41,747 bases of DNA, taken from a virus. Positions 11,501 through 20,146 of this stretch are shown here, piece by piece (the stretch's first letter is position 1; every line of letters begins with the position of its first letter). The DNA is taken from the IMG/VR virus record IMGVR_UViG_3300022696_000071, positions 1 to 41,747 of that record. The stretch is one strand, 5' to 3'. Under the pieces are notes generated by a model. That model made no database searches. It had not been told where the DNA came from and saw only the letters and a list, made by a program, of their open reading frames with translations. Made by a program: the position numbers and the translations under genes.

Positions 11501-11632
11501 AACTCTCTCTGATCCAGCATGTGAACCAGATGTAATTGAATATCTCCTCCCTTCTTTATATAATTGATATAATAATTGATGCCAAGCATCATCCAAATCT
11601 CGCGCATTAATAAAAACTGGTCTAAATTTCAT
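8588..11632 (-). CDS. Thymidylate synthase family enzyme (ThyA / dUMP hydroxymethylase-like) precursor interrupted by two inteins; the spliced product is ~279 aa
   Basis: Extein motifs align to E. coli ThyA: [22 protein letters not shown] ~ [31 protein letters not shown]...[11 protein letters not shown] ~ [24 protein letters not shown] (catalytic Cys); SWDVY|S|GFPCN ~ SCDVF L GLPFN (Asn177 equivalent, so uracil-specific); C-terminal SLHAYSHHV ~ GDTHLYSNHM. The start is assigned to M21 (ATG at 11632) because of a perfect AGGAGG SD 7 nt upstream. The in-frame M1 at 11692 has no SD. Confidence 0.8.
   Translation of the reverse strand: [1014 protein letters not shown]
8744..9727 (-). mobile_element. 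Intein 2 (328 aa) with LAGLIDADG-type endonuclease domain, inserted 5 codons downstream of intein 1 (between DVY and S-GFPCN)
   Basis: Block A [14 protein letters not shown], block B TPNHRML, LAGLIDADG-like [11 protein letters not shown] and [12 protein letters not shown], non-canonical C-terminal ...ISVTGN with +1 Ser. Residues 656-983. The flanking extein residues restore a continuous ThyA motif. Confidence 0.7.
9743..10963 (-). mobile_element. Intein 1 (407 aa) with LAGLIDADG homing-endonuclease domain, inserted between Arg and Ser of the conserved YxR|SxD motif
   Basis: Block A [10 protein letters not shown], block B NHRFPIL, LAGLIDADG-like [10 protein letters not shown] and [11 protein letters not shown]-terminal [24 protein letters not shown] followed by +1 Ser. 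Residues 244-650 of the M1-numbered ORF. Confidence 0.8.
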
Positions 11633-11780
11633 CAACTGTCCTCCTATTGGCTGATATCTCAATTTCTTTATATAATTTTTTAACTTGATCATTTATTTTT
11701 AACAATTCTTCATGTATTTCCCTTATATCTTTTATCAATTTTTGCAACGTAACATGACTATCAAATTGTTCATTACCCAT
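11622..11780 (-). CDS. Possible small protein (52 aa) upstream of and overlapping the ThyA-family start
   Basis: Hand translation gives MGNEQFDSHVTLQKLIKDIREIHEELLKINDQVKKLYKEIEISANRRTVDEI. GAAGGA lies 8 nt upstream. It is below the ORF-track size cutoff and its stop overlaps the ThyA ATG. Confidence 0.3.
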   Translation of the reverse strand: MGNEQFDSHVTLQKLIKDIREIHEELLKINDQVKKLYKEIEISANRRTVDEI

Positions 11781-11797
11781 TTTAATATCCTTCAAAT

Positions 11798-12223
11798 TTA
11801 TAATTTGTCATTTTCATCCAACTTCTTTTTAACAACCAATATTGCAGACCCTTTATTTTTATTATCAATATTTCTTAAATATTTATTATGATCTAATGTC
11901 ATAAATTTACTTTCTAAGAATTTAACGATATTCATAACTATTTCAGATGATTTACTACTACCAGTTACTGGTCCAGGTAACATAAGAGTAAAAATTATAA
12001 TAACTGCATCTTTACCATCAATAACTGTATTATATATACAATAGTATATATCATCATTAAATCTATTTAGCGCATTTTCTCTTTTTGCTTTAGCCAATAT
12101 TTTTAATGGGTCATCATCGTGTCTTTCTACACAAATAGATTTATTAAGTTTCGTACTTGCATAAATAGATAAAAACTTATTAGTATTTCCAATACCACCA
12201 CTCATAACTATCTCCTGTTCCAT
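11798..12223 (-). CDS. Hypothetical protein (141 aa)
   Basis: Listed ORF in the operon orientation, overlapping the upstream primase gene by 16 nt. Confidence 0.5.
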   Translation of the reverse strand: MEQEIVMSGGIGNTNKFLSIYASTKLNKSICVERHDDDPLKILAKAKRENALNRFNDDIYYCIYNTVIDGKDAVIIIFTLMLPGPVTGSSKSSEIVMNIVKFLESKFMTLDHNKYLRNIDNKNKGSAILVVKKKLDENDKL

Positions 12224-13254
12224 GCAACATTATTCTTAAATGGATTATCTATAACAGTTTTAACAGGAAAAATTGGTTTTTCACCAAAATCTTTTCTATT
12301 CTTATTCCAATAGACTTCTAAACTATTAACTGATACATTATTTCTAAACCATTTGTAATTTTTATTAGTTTTTGTTTTATCGGATAATATTATAAAGTTA
12401 GCAACCGAAAGTTTTGTATATGATAGTATAGATGGAATAACACTTTCAAAATGTTTACCAAGTATAGATGCCCATATACAAGATTTATCTAAAACTTCTT
12501 TCATGCCATAATCCTTTATAGATACCAATAAATCAAATATTCCTTCACATAAAACAATCGTATTTACATTCTTTTTTAGATTATTTGTTTTTATAGCATA
12601 AAAATCTCTGAAATAATCAGATGGATTAAGATCAAATTTAAAATATCTAAACTTGGACGTAGCATCTATATTTCTTAATAGTAATGTACTGCCCCTCGTT
12701 GATATAAATCCAATAAATGAATCTTCAAACCAATCAAGAAATCTATATTTATCTCCTAAATCAATTTTGTTACTTGTAACAAAATCTCTTATATCAAATA
12801 TAAGACCAGGTATATTTTCTATAATATAATCAAACCCCAATCTATATTTTAAGTAACTTTTCTTTAAAATATATCGATCACTATTATCTATTTTTTTAAC
12901 ATTATAATTATGTATTTTAAAAGATTTGGTGTGATAATCATATCTAAGTAATCTGCATTTAAATCTGTCTAATATATCTTTAGATACATATTGTCGTACA
13001 TCTTCACCAATAAATCTCAATAATTTCAATAATGTACCCCTACCATATCGAGAATCATCACCGCATTTAAAACATATAAACATCGGCAATTGATCTTTAT
13101 TCATTGGAACTTGTATATATAGATGTCCATGGTTTTTAATTGATTGAAGTTCGCACCAAGGACATCTACATATTAATTCTGTTCTGTTACTGTTATAATA
13201 AGATAATCCCGTTTTTGTTTTTAATGTATTCTCCAATCTTTGAAAATCAATCAT
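12208..13254 (-). CDS. DNA primase (T4 gp61-like; zinc-ribbon plus TOPRIM)
   Basis: N-terminal zinc ribbon CRCPWCE...HGHLYIQ...FICFKCGD matches the phage primase pattern (CPFC..ARGHIY..CFNCG). TOPRIM-like IVLCEGIFDLLVS with a conserved Glu. Confidence 0.72.
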   Translation of the reverse strand: MIDFQRLENTLKTKTGLSYYNSNRTELICRCPWCELQSIKNHGHLYIQVPMNKDQLPMFICFKCGDDSRYGRGTLLKLLRFIGEDVRQYVSKDILDRFKCRLLRYDYHTKSFKIHNYNVKKIDNSDRYILKKSYLKYRLGFDYIIENIPGLIFDIRDFVTSNKIDLGDKYRFLDWFEDSFIGFISTRGSTLLLRNIDATSKFRYFKFDLNPSDYFRDFYAIKTNNLKKNVNTIVLCEGIFDLLVSIKDYGMKEVLDKSCIWASILGKHFESVIPSILSYTKLSVANFIILSDKTKTNKNYKWFRNNVSVNSLEVYWNKNRKDFGEKPIFPVKTVIDNPFKNNVAWNRR

Positions 13255-13263
13255 AATAATAAA

Positions 13264-13440
13264 TTAACTCGCTTTCCTATTATGTTCTTCTTGCATTTCA
13301 TCCCAATCACATTTCAACATAATTTCATAAAAATTATTTTGATTTATTACATGCTTTTCTATAAGTACATATTTATCCAAATCTAAATTTTCATATTCAT
13401 CATCTCTTATATAAATAGATGTCACTATTTTAATATCCAT
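13264..13440 (-). CDS. Possible small protein (58 aa) filling the gap between primase and the next gene
   Basis: Hand translation gives MDIKIVTSIYIRDDEYENLDLDKYVLIEKHVINQNNFYEIMLKCDWDEMQEEHNRKAS in the operon orientation. It is below the ORF-track cutoff. Confidence 0.3.
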   Translation of the reverse strand: MDIKIVTSIYIRDDEYENLDLDKYVLIEKHVINQNNFYEIMLKCDWDEMQEEHNRKAS

Positions 13441-13451
13441 GACGATTAATC

Positions 13452-13700
13452 CTATTTAATTTTTTTAAATGGTTTTTCCTGTTCTGATTCTGCCATAAGA
13501 TCATCGAGATACATTTCACTAAATTTACTTAATACACATATAAAATTATTCATACATACTACTTTCCAACCATCTTCCCCAAGTATAGATAAAGTATTTT
13601 CAAAATTATCATCTGTTCTTACAACTTTATACTTTCGTTTATGATTAACGGGTATCGACATTTTAATCTCCCAATTAGATTCTAAAATTAAGCTTATCAA
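13452..13700 (-). CDS. Hypothetical protein (82 aa)
   Basis: Listed ORF overlapping the clamp-loader gene end (translational coupling). Confidence 0.4.
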   Translation of the reverse strand: MISLILESNWEIKMSIPVNHKRKYKVVRTDDNFENTLSILGEDGWKVVCMNNFICVLSKFSEMYLDDLMAESEQEKPFKKIK

Positions 13701-14664
13701 ATTCAGATTTTACTTTAACAATTTCATATACCATAGCCATAAAATGCATAGGTGGAATCATAGCTTGATTATGATCATTTGCATATTTATTAATAATTAT
13801 CTTCGCCCATACTGGTATATTTTCAGAATCATCTTCAAATAATTCTTCGTACAACATATTATAATCAAGTTCTTGCTCACTAACCAATTTTCTCATTTTT
13901 GTTATAGAATTACCAATTATTTGTCCATTCTTAGATTCAAGACCAGTAAATAATTCACTTATAAAAGATCTAAATTTTTTCTCATTTGATGCTATTGCAT
14001 TTATATTTGAATTTAAAACATTATTTTCATCGACAAGATTTTGAATGCTGTATATTATCTTTCTTATATCTGGATAATTTATTGATATAATTCGTTTAAT
14101 CGTATTATCATTATATGTAACATTTTCAGATTTTAATATATTAACGCAATTTTCAAATATATATTCTTTCGACATTCGAGAAAAAACATAAGATGTTCCA
14201 AAACGAGATTGTAATGGATCGATTAATTTATATTTATAATTACAAGTAAATAAAAATCTCCCATGACTTTGATATTTTTCAAATATTCCTCTTAATGCCG
14301 CCTGTGCATTTAATGATAAATAATCTGCCTCATCTATAAAAACAACTTTAACTTTCGAACCACCCAATGTAGGAGTTCTAAAAAATTCATCAACAGTTGT
14401 TCTCATGATATCTACACCAGTTGACGAACTACCATTTAATTTTAATACATCTGCTCTATCTTTTATTACTTTTGATAATAAGATAAGAGCAAGTGTTGTT
14501 TTTCCAGATCCTGGTGGCCCATAAAATAAAAGATGTGGTATTTGCTCTTCTTCTATATATCTATTAAAAGTTTTAACATAATCATCCGGTAATACCATAT
14601 CTTCTATTTCTCTTGGTCTATATTTCTCTACCCATAAATAAGTACGCTCTAATTCTCCCGCCAT
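13675..14664 (-). CDS. Clamp loader large subunit (T4 gp44 / RFC-like AAA+ ATPase)
   Basis: WVEKYRP box, Walker A GPPGSGKTT, Walker B/DEAD-like VFIDEADYL and SRF/SRC motif (LQSRFG), arranged as in T4 gp44. Confidence 0.85.
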   Translation of the reverse strand: MAGELERTYLWVEKYRPREIEDMVLPDDYVKTFNRYIEEEQIPHLLFYGPPGSGKTTLALILLSKVIKDRADVLKLNGSSSTGVDIMRTTVDEFFRTPTLGGSKVKVVFIDEADYLSLNAQAALRGIFEKYQSHGRFLFTCNYKYKLIDPLQSRFGTSYVFSRMSKEYIFENCVNILKSENVTYNDNTIKRIISINYPDIRKIIYSIQNLVDENNVLNSNINAIASNEKKFRSFISELFTGLESKNGQIIGNSITKMRKLVSEQELDYNMLYEELFEDDSENIPVWAKIIINKYANDHNQAMIPPMHFMAMVYEIVKVKSEFDKLNFRI

Positions 14665-14690
14665 TATAATTTCTCTCCTATAGAATTTTG

Positions 14691-14713
14691 AATTTGTCCG
14701 CTACACTATGTGG
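14691..14713 (-). promoter_or_regulatory. TAGCGGACAAA box (with adjacent CCACATAGTG) about 30 nt upstream of the clamp-loader gene
   Basis: Exact 11-mer shared with 18771 and 28277. Intergenic position. Confidence 0.35.
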
Positions 14714-14721
14714 ACTTATTT

Positions 14722-15927
14722 TTAAGTTCCATCTTCTTTATAATGAACTATTGATAATGTATCTCCTTCAACAAATGCATCATCTCCAATATTTATAGAA
14801 TGAATAATAAGATCTGTATTTGCACCCGTTTTAGAAACAGTCCAATAATAATCCATTACTAAAATACCATGCCTACCATATACTTTAAAATATACTGGAT
14901 CATCACCAAGATCTTCGCCCAAGTCGATAGTTAATTGAGTATCGGATTGAATATCAGTTATATCTTGAGCAGTTATACTATATGTAAGTGTTTTATTTAA
15001 AACCATATCCACATTCTGAACTGTTTCTGTCAAATTATCCCCAATAGTAGCCATAATGTTTTTTGGAACAGTTGTTACTTCGTCTATATCTCTTCTCAAG
15101 TATATTTGATCTACTTCAATTGAAAATACAATTCTATCAATTTCTGGCAAAGCTTCTGAATAAAAAATTAAATGGGTTGGTAGATTACATTCAAATGTCA
15201 TTTCTATATTTAATCTCCATTCTGCCAACCCATCACTACCTTCATACCGCTCACTACCATCATTAACATCTTCAAGTATAATTCTTGGTCGCAATACATA
15301 TGGAAAAACATTTTTATTCTTGTTTATATTTCTTATTAATAAATCTTGCTGAACATTCGTTCCTGTCCAGCTTAAATCATATGATTCCGATGTATATGGG
15401 TTTTCATAAGTATAATAATCAAAACTATCTGGAAGAATTAATTGACCATTTATATTTTTTGGCTCAATTGGTCTTCCAGTACCACCAAAGAATTGATATG
15501 CCAATATTCTATAATCAAACATTTCATATATAGAGCTACACCAAACAATCATAGATAATGATCCAACATATCTATTCAAAGCAGGTGCTATAATAATATT
15601 ACCATCATCATATATTCGTGGTTTATACTCATTTAATGCTTGTTTATGTCTAAATTGTGGATATTGATAAAAGAATCTTCCAGCTTGATCATCCGGTTTG
15701 AAATCATATCCAGGTTCAAGTGTAATAAATGGATACGATATTCTATGTTTTTCATCTGGATCTTGTAATAACTGAGTATATCGTTCTACTGATTTCTCAT
15801 AAGAAGATATGATTAATTTACTTGATCTTGGAAATAATTCTGTTTTAAAAAAATCACCAATTCCTTGTAATAAAGCTGATATGCTATTATTAATATATTG
15901 ATGATGATAAGCAGTCATGGATTTCAT
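14722..15927 (-). CDS. Hypothetical protein (401 aa)
   Basis: Listed ORF with AGGAG-like SD upstream. No motif recognised. Confidence 0.5.
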   Translation of the reverse strand: MKSMTAYHHQYINNSISALLQGIGDFFKTELFPRSSKLIISSYEKSVERYTQLLQDPDEKHRISYPFITLEPGYDFKPDDQAGRFFYQYPQFRHKQALNEYKPRIYDDGNIIIAPALNRYVGSLSMIVWCSSIYEMFDYRILAYQFFGGTGRPIEPKNINGQLILPDSFDYYTYENPYTSESYDLSWTGTNVQQDLLIRNINKNKNVFPYVLRPRIILEDVNDGSERYEGSDGLAEWRLNIEMTFECNLPTHLIFYSEALPEIDRIVFSIEVDQIYLRRDIDEVTTVPKNIMATIGDNLTETVQNVDMVLNKTLTYSITAQDITDIQSDTQLTIDLGEDLGDDPVYFKVYGRHGILVMDYYWTVSKTGANTDLIIHSINIGDDAFVEGDTLSIVHYKEDGT

Positions 15928-15953
15928 AACATTAACTCCTATTATTTATTGTA

Positions 15954-16580
15954 TTAGAATTCTACATGTTCTTTTACTTTAGCAATTATATTATTTTTCA
16001 AAAAAGTTATATTTGATAATTCTTCATATTCTTCAGTATAATTGTTATAAAGTTTATCTAATATATTATCACCAACAGAATTACTTATTTGAATACCTGA
16101 AGTACGTATAATATTGGTTTTTGTAACAGAATTATAACACTTTCTTTGAACAAAAAAGAAATTAAAATCACATTCATATCCAATGAGTTTAAATCCAATA
16201 ACAAGCAAATAATTGGAAGATTTCATTTTACAGTTCTCAATATATGTTCTTTCAACTAAAAACTTATTTAATTTGCGTTCATATGATCTATTAATACCTA
16301 AAAACTTATTAATATAGTCCACTTTTTCTTCTTTTATTGTATTCAATGTTAAGAACATTTTACAGAATTTAGATAATTCTAAATTTCTAAATAACGTTAT
16401 CGATATGTCATTTGGTTCTTTATACGTCTTAAATTGTAAAGATGTTTTTTTATTATTAAATAATATATTAAATAATATTTTTTTATTACTAACATACGTC
16501 ATATATGTATTACATCTATTAAACTTCTTTGGAAAAGATAAACTTATTTTAGTATTGTTGTTCATAATTTTATTCTCCAT
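15954..16580 (-). CDS. Hypothetical protein (208 aa)
   Basis: Listed ORF. Its start overlaps the stop of the upstream 699-aa ORF (coupled). Confidence 0.5.
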   Translation of the reverse strand: MENKIMNNNTKISLSFPKKFNRCNTYMTYVSNKKILFNILFNNKKTSLQFKTYKEPNDISITLFRNLELSKFCKMFLTLNTIKEEKVDYINKFLGINRSYERKLNKFLVERTYIENCKMKSSNYLLVIGFKLIGYECDFNFFFVQRKCYNSVTKTNIIRTSGIQISNSVGDNILDKLYNNYTEEYEELSNITFLKNNIIAKVKEHVEF

Positions 16581-18679
16581 TACATTATATTATCTATGAC
16601 TGAAGTAGGATCTACACCATCAAAATCATTATAATTATCATTGCCGTCAGATACTTCTGTAATGTTAGAATCTTCTTTTATTAATTTAGCAAATTTAAAA
16701 ACTTCAAGTTTGGTTGATAAATTATTATTCATTTCAATCGCTCTTCTTATCTTAAATACTTCTGGAGGAATATCATGATTCATAAAATCATTAACTACTT
16801 CATTAAATGTATTAAATGTTTTAAATTGATTATATAAATCACCATCATTTATATTTTCAATACATTCTAAAAATAATGTTAATTTATCATCTTTATCTGA
16901 AGTATTAATTGTTTGATTTAAATCATTTCGAGCATCAAATGGAACATCGTCATCTTCATCAATATTAGAAACTTCATCATACTTATTAATAAGATTATTA
17001 ACTATATTGCTCTTTACACTTTCAATATCTTTAATTTTTGAAAAATCTGAATATGGTATATCATAATCTGAAGCCAATCTTATTAAATCATTTTTATTTA
17101 TAGAATAACCAGTTTTAATCATATTAATCACGTTAGTTATAAATGATTTAGAATAACCATAATATAAATCTTCAGTTATATTTAAGTTTCCCCCAGTCAT
17201 GGATGAATACTTATCTTCAAATAATTTAACTATCCCATTTTTATTAAAATTCTTAAATTGGTCAAATACATTCTCCAATATTAATTTTGATTCATTTTCA
17301 TAATCGAGAGAAAAAATAAATGGACTAAATAGAATCTTTATAGCAGTATTAATTATCTTATAATTATTTTTATTTGGAACATTATTTAATGCATCAAGTC
17401 TTCTTATAAATAATGAATATAACAAAAATGTAGATGTTAACTCTATACATAAATTGTATAGATATGATTCTTTTGAATATACAATATTATCAAATCTTAT
17501 TATTGGAATACGAATATCAATTTGACCATTATGCTCTATAAATTCTTTTATTTTTGTTTTAATGAGATATGTCATTATATATTGAGAAAAATAATAAGAA
17601 TTTTTATCATCGAATGTTTTAAATATCTGAGCATTATTTGATATATCGAATATTACATCTAATGGTGAGAATGTTATAGTGTCTGAAGATTCAATAGTTG
17701 ATGTAAATGACATAACCCATGAATTAAAATTCATCAATTCACCATCAAATATTTTATATATAAATGGTATGCTACTTCTATTTTCCATATCATTATTGTG
17801 TTTACGTTCTATTTTTTCTAATTCATTTTCTCCATCCAGATTAACATTATTAAACATATTAGATGCTTGACTTATATCTGTAAATTTTTGTGTATAATCT
17901 ACACCATTATAATCATCATCATTTGATTCAACATCATCATTAAATGGACCTTCAAACACATGATTCGCATCAGTTGACTTAATTATTTCATCTGTTTTTT
18001 CATCAGACATTTTCATATTAGTAGTAACTGGTTGTGACTTTATAGAATCTATTTTAGATGACATAACTGAAGAAAATCGTGATAACAATGTTTCAATATT
18101 AAATAATCTTCCATTTATAGATCCCAATAATGATTTACTATGATATTGATTAAATAATATATTTGATATATTAGTATCTATATTACTAAAATCATCACGA
18201 GTATTTTTCAAAAATCTAACCATATTTTTAAAAGATTTACCATTCATCAATATTCTACATTGATTCATATTTGCTATCGGATCAGTAATTATTAATTCAA
18301 GAACTGGTTTATTCTCCATTAATATAAATCTGAATGTCAGATCTTTTTTATTCTTAGAATATACTCTTGAAATGTTTAATTGAGAAGATTGCATAAAAGC
18401 ATTTTTATAATTGTTACTGCTCAATTCATGTAAATCACATAATAATGAAGTTAAATGATTATATTCGAGATCAATATTTATTCTTGGATTGCCAGCAGTT
18501 CTATTATCAATAAGAGTAAATCTTAGTTTAGTTGTTGAGTAATTAAAATATTGATTCTCATCTTTCTCTGAAACATTAAGAGATGAAGCAAAACTTATAT
18601 TTAATGATATAGATTGATTTGGATCTAAGTAGGTGTATGAAGGTTTACTTAGCCAATATGTTTCTCCATTTCTATTCAT
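16580..18679 (-). CDS. Hypothetical Asn-rich protein (699 aa)
   Basis: Long ORF, first gene of the leftward block, with GGGG-containing SD upstream. Confidence 0.55.
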   Translation of the reverse strand: MNRNGETYWLSKPSYTYLDPNQSISLNISFASSLNVSEKDENQYFNYSTTKLRFTLIDNRTAGNPRINIDLEYNHLTSLLCDLHELSSNNYKNAFMQSSQLNISRVYSKNKKDLTFRFILMENKPVLELIITDPIANMNQCRILMNGKSFKNMVRFLKNTRDDFSNIDTNISNILFNQYHSKSLLGSINGRLFNIETLLSRFSSVMSSKIDSIKSQPVTTNMKMSDEKTDEIIKSTDANHVFEGPFNDDVESNDDDYNGVDYTQKFTDISQASNMFNNVNLDGENELEKIERKHNNDMENRSSIPFIYKIFDGELMNFNSWVMSFTSTIESSDTITFSPLDVIFDISNNAQIFKTFDDKNSYYFSQYIMTYLIKTKIKEFIEHNGQIDIRIPIIRFDNIVYSKESYLYNLCIELTSTFLLYSLFIRRLDALNNVPNKNNYKIINTAIKILFSPFIFSLDYENESKLILENVFDQFKNFNKNGIVKLFEDKYSSMTGGNLNITEDLYYGYSKSFITNVINMIKTGYSINKNDLIRLASDYDIPYSDFSKIKDIESVKSNIVNNLINKYDEVSNIDEDDDVPFDARNDLNQTINTSDKDDKLTLFLECIENINDGDLYNQFKTFNTFNEVVNDFMNHDIPPEVFKIRRAIEMNNNLSTKLEVFKFAKLIKEDSNITEVSDGNDNYNDFDGVDPTSVIDNIM

Positions 18680-18770
18680 ACGTATTAATCCCCTTTTTAA
18701 TAATATGTAATAATAAATAAAATAAAATCATATAAGATTTAATAAAAGAATGAAATCTTTTAATCATAAA

Positions 18771-18802
18771 TTTGTCCGCTATAAGTTTTTCAGTACCACA
18801 CT
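18771..18802 (-). promoter_or_regulatory. AGTGTGG-N14-TAGCGGACAAA composite about 90 nt upstream of the 699-aa gene
   Basis: Read on the minus strand: AGTGTGGTACTGAAAAACTTATAGCGGACAAA. Near-identical architecture to 28256-28287. Confidence 0.35.
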
Positions 18803-19968
18803 TTAAAAAATTTAATAAATTATTAAACTTTTTAGATTTTATTTCTAAACCAGTTAACATGTTTAAATTTTGTCCTCCTCCAACCCATAAACAATACATA
18901 GGTCATTATGACTACCGTTTGTCCACATAGCAGCAGCTATTCCAATTTTCAAAATATCTTCTTAAAAGTACCGACTTGACCCAAAAATTGCTCGGACATA
19001 TTCTTAGAATATGATTATGTCACATGTACAATCTACTAATTCCATGTTAACAACATATACAGTTCATTATTAATCTACTTAGATTATAGAATGAATCTAT
19101 ATAGATTAATTTAAAACATTTTAGAATCTTTCATATTAGATTTTAAAAATCTAATATTAATTCTTTCTTAGATACTAAGAAAAAAGAATCTATATTTATC
19201 TAATTAGATTCTTTTAAGATTCAAATGGAAAAACTATTTGAGGTCAAATATTATTACTCGTTTCATGAAGCCCAGGCGTAATGAAACGGACATATATTGA
19301 TATATTCATGAATTATATATGAATGATTCAAAATTCCAAAAAATAATTGATAAATGAAAAATAAATAAAGATAAAGAAATCTAAATTAATTAATTTATAT
19401 CTTATTAATAAAAGAAATTTAAATGATTAATAAAATATGAATAATTAAATTTAAAGTTGAATAAATGATTTATCAATAGATATATATTAAATTTATATAT
19501 TTGATATATTAAACATTTGAATTGATAAATAAATTAGTCAAATTAGGGTAAGTAGAGGTTAACTGCAAAGTTAAAAACCTACCAAAAAACAGAAATAATG
19601 AATCATTGTGTTTCGGATTTTTATAAATAGAGAAGTGGTAGGGAGAAATGATTAGAATCTTAAAGAACTATAAAATTTGTTATTTAACCTTATTTAAGAG
19701 ATAAATTGATCTTAATAGAAAGTTATTAAGAAATTAAGAGTTGGATGTAGATGTTGTATCAATTCACTATCAATATGAATCAACTTGATTTTATTTTAAT
19801 AATTAATCTAATAAGTTAATGTTGCATCAATGTGTATCAATTTAGATAATCATAAATAAATAATCACCAGTTTTAATCATTCATGGCTCAATTTATAGAA
19901 CATATAATCTTCTTAGATCAATTTGATTATTGATGACTCCCTATCGGTCGAGAACCGGCCCTCGAACG

Positions 19969-20006
19969 GTTTTAGAAACTGCAAAACAGACCGCAGTTTC
20001 TAAAAC
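19969..20006. other. Perfect 14-bp stem / 10-nt loop hairpin (GTTTTAGAAACTGC-AAAACAGACC-GCAGTTTCTAAAAC), no flanking U-tract
   Basis: Exact inverted repeat read directly from the sequence. Confidence 0.6.
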
Positions 20007-20146
20007 GCTTCAAGACCTATTATATGTTATAATAATTATATAGAATATACTTCGTATATTAATATGTAAAATAATAACTTAACATATGGAATCAGTACCG
20101 GTCGTGTGAATCTTCTACGGCTTAATCAAGAATCTTTTTATATAGT

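Noticed and set aside
11633-11692. Upstream in-frame ATG (M1 at 11692) as the start of the ThyA-family gene
   Set aside because: There is no SD before it, and it lies inside the candidate 52-aa small ORF in another frame. The ATG at 11632 has a perfect AGGAGG at optimal spacing, and homology begins there.
13408-13415. TATAAATA late-promoter-like box on the plus strand
   Set aside because: It falls inside the candidate minus-strand 58-aa ORF (encoding ...IYIR...) and points against the local gene orientation. It is most likely a coincidence of AT-rich coding sequence.
18672-18899. Listed 75-aa ORF on the minus strand at the edge of the non-coding hub
   Set aside because: It has low-complexity hydrophobic composition, overlaps the start of the 699-aa gene in another frame, and spans the conserved AGTGTGG/TAGCGGACAAA promoter-like elements. 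It is more likely regulatory DNA than a gene.
19969-20006. GTTTTAGAAACTGC...GCAGTTTCTAAAAC resembles the 5' end of type II CRISPR repeats
   Set aside because: It is a single inverted repeat, not a direct-repeat/spacer array. No further copies occur and there are no cas genes. It is treated as a hairpin only.
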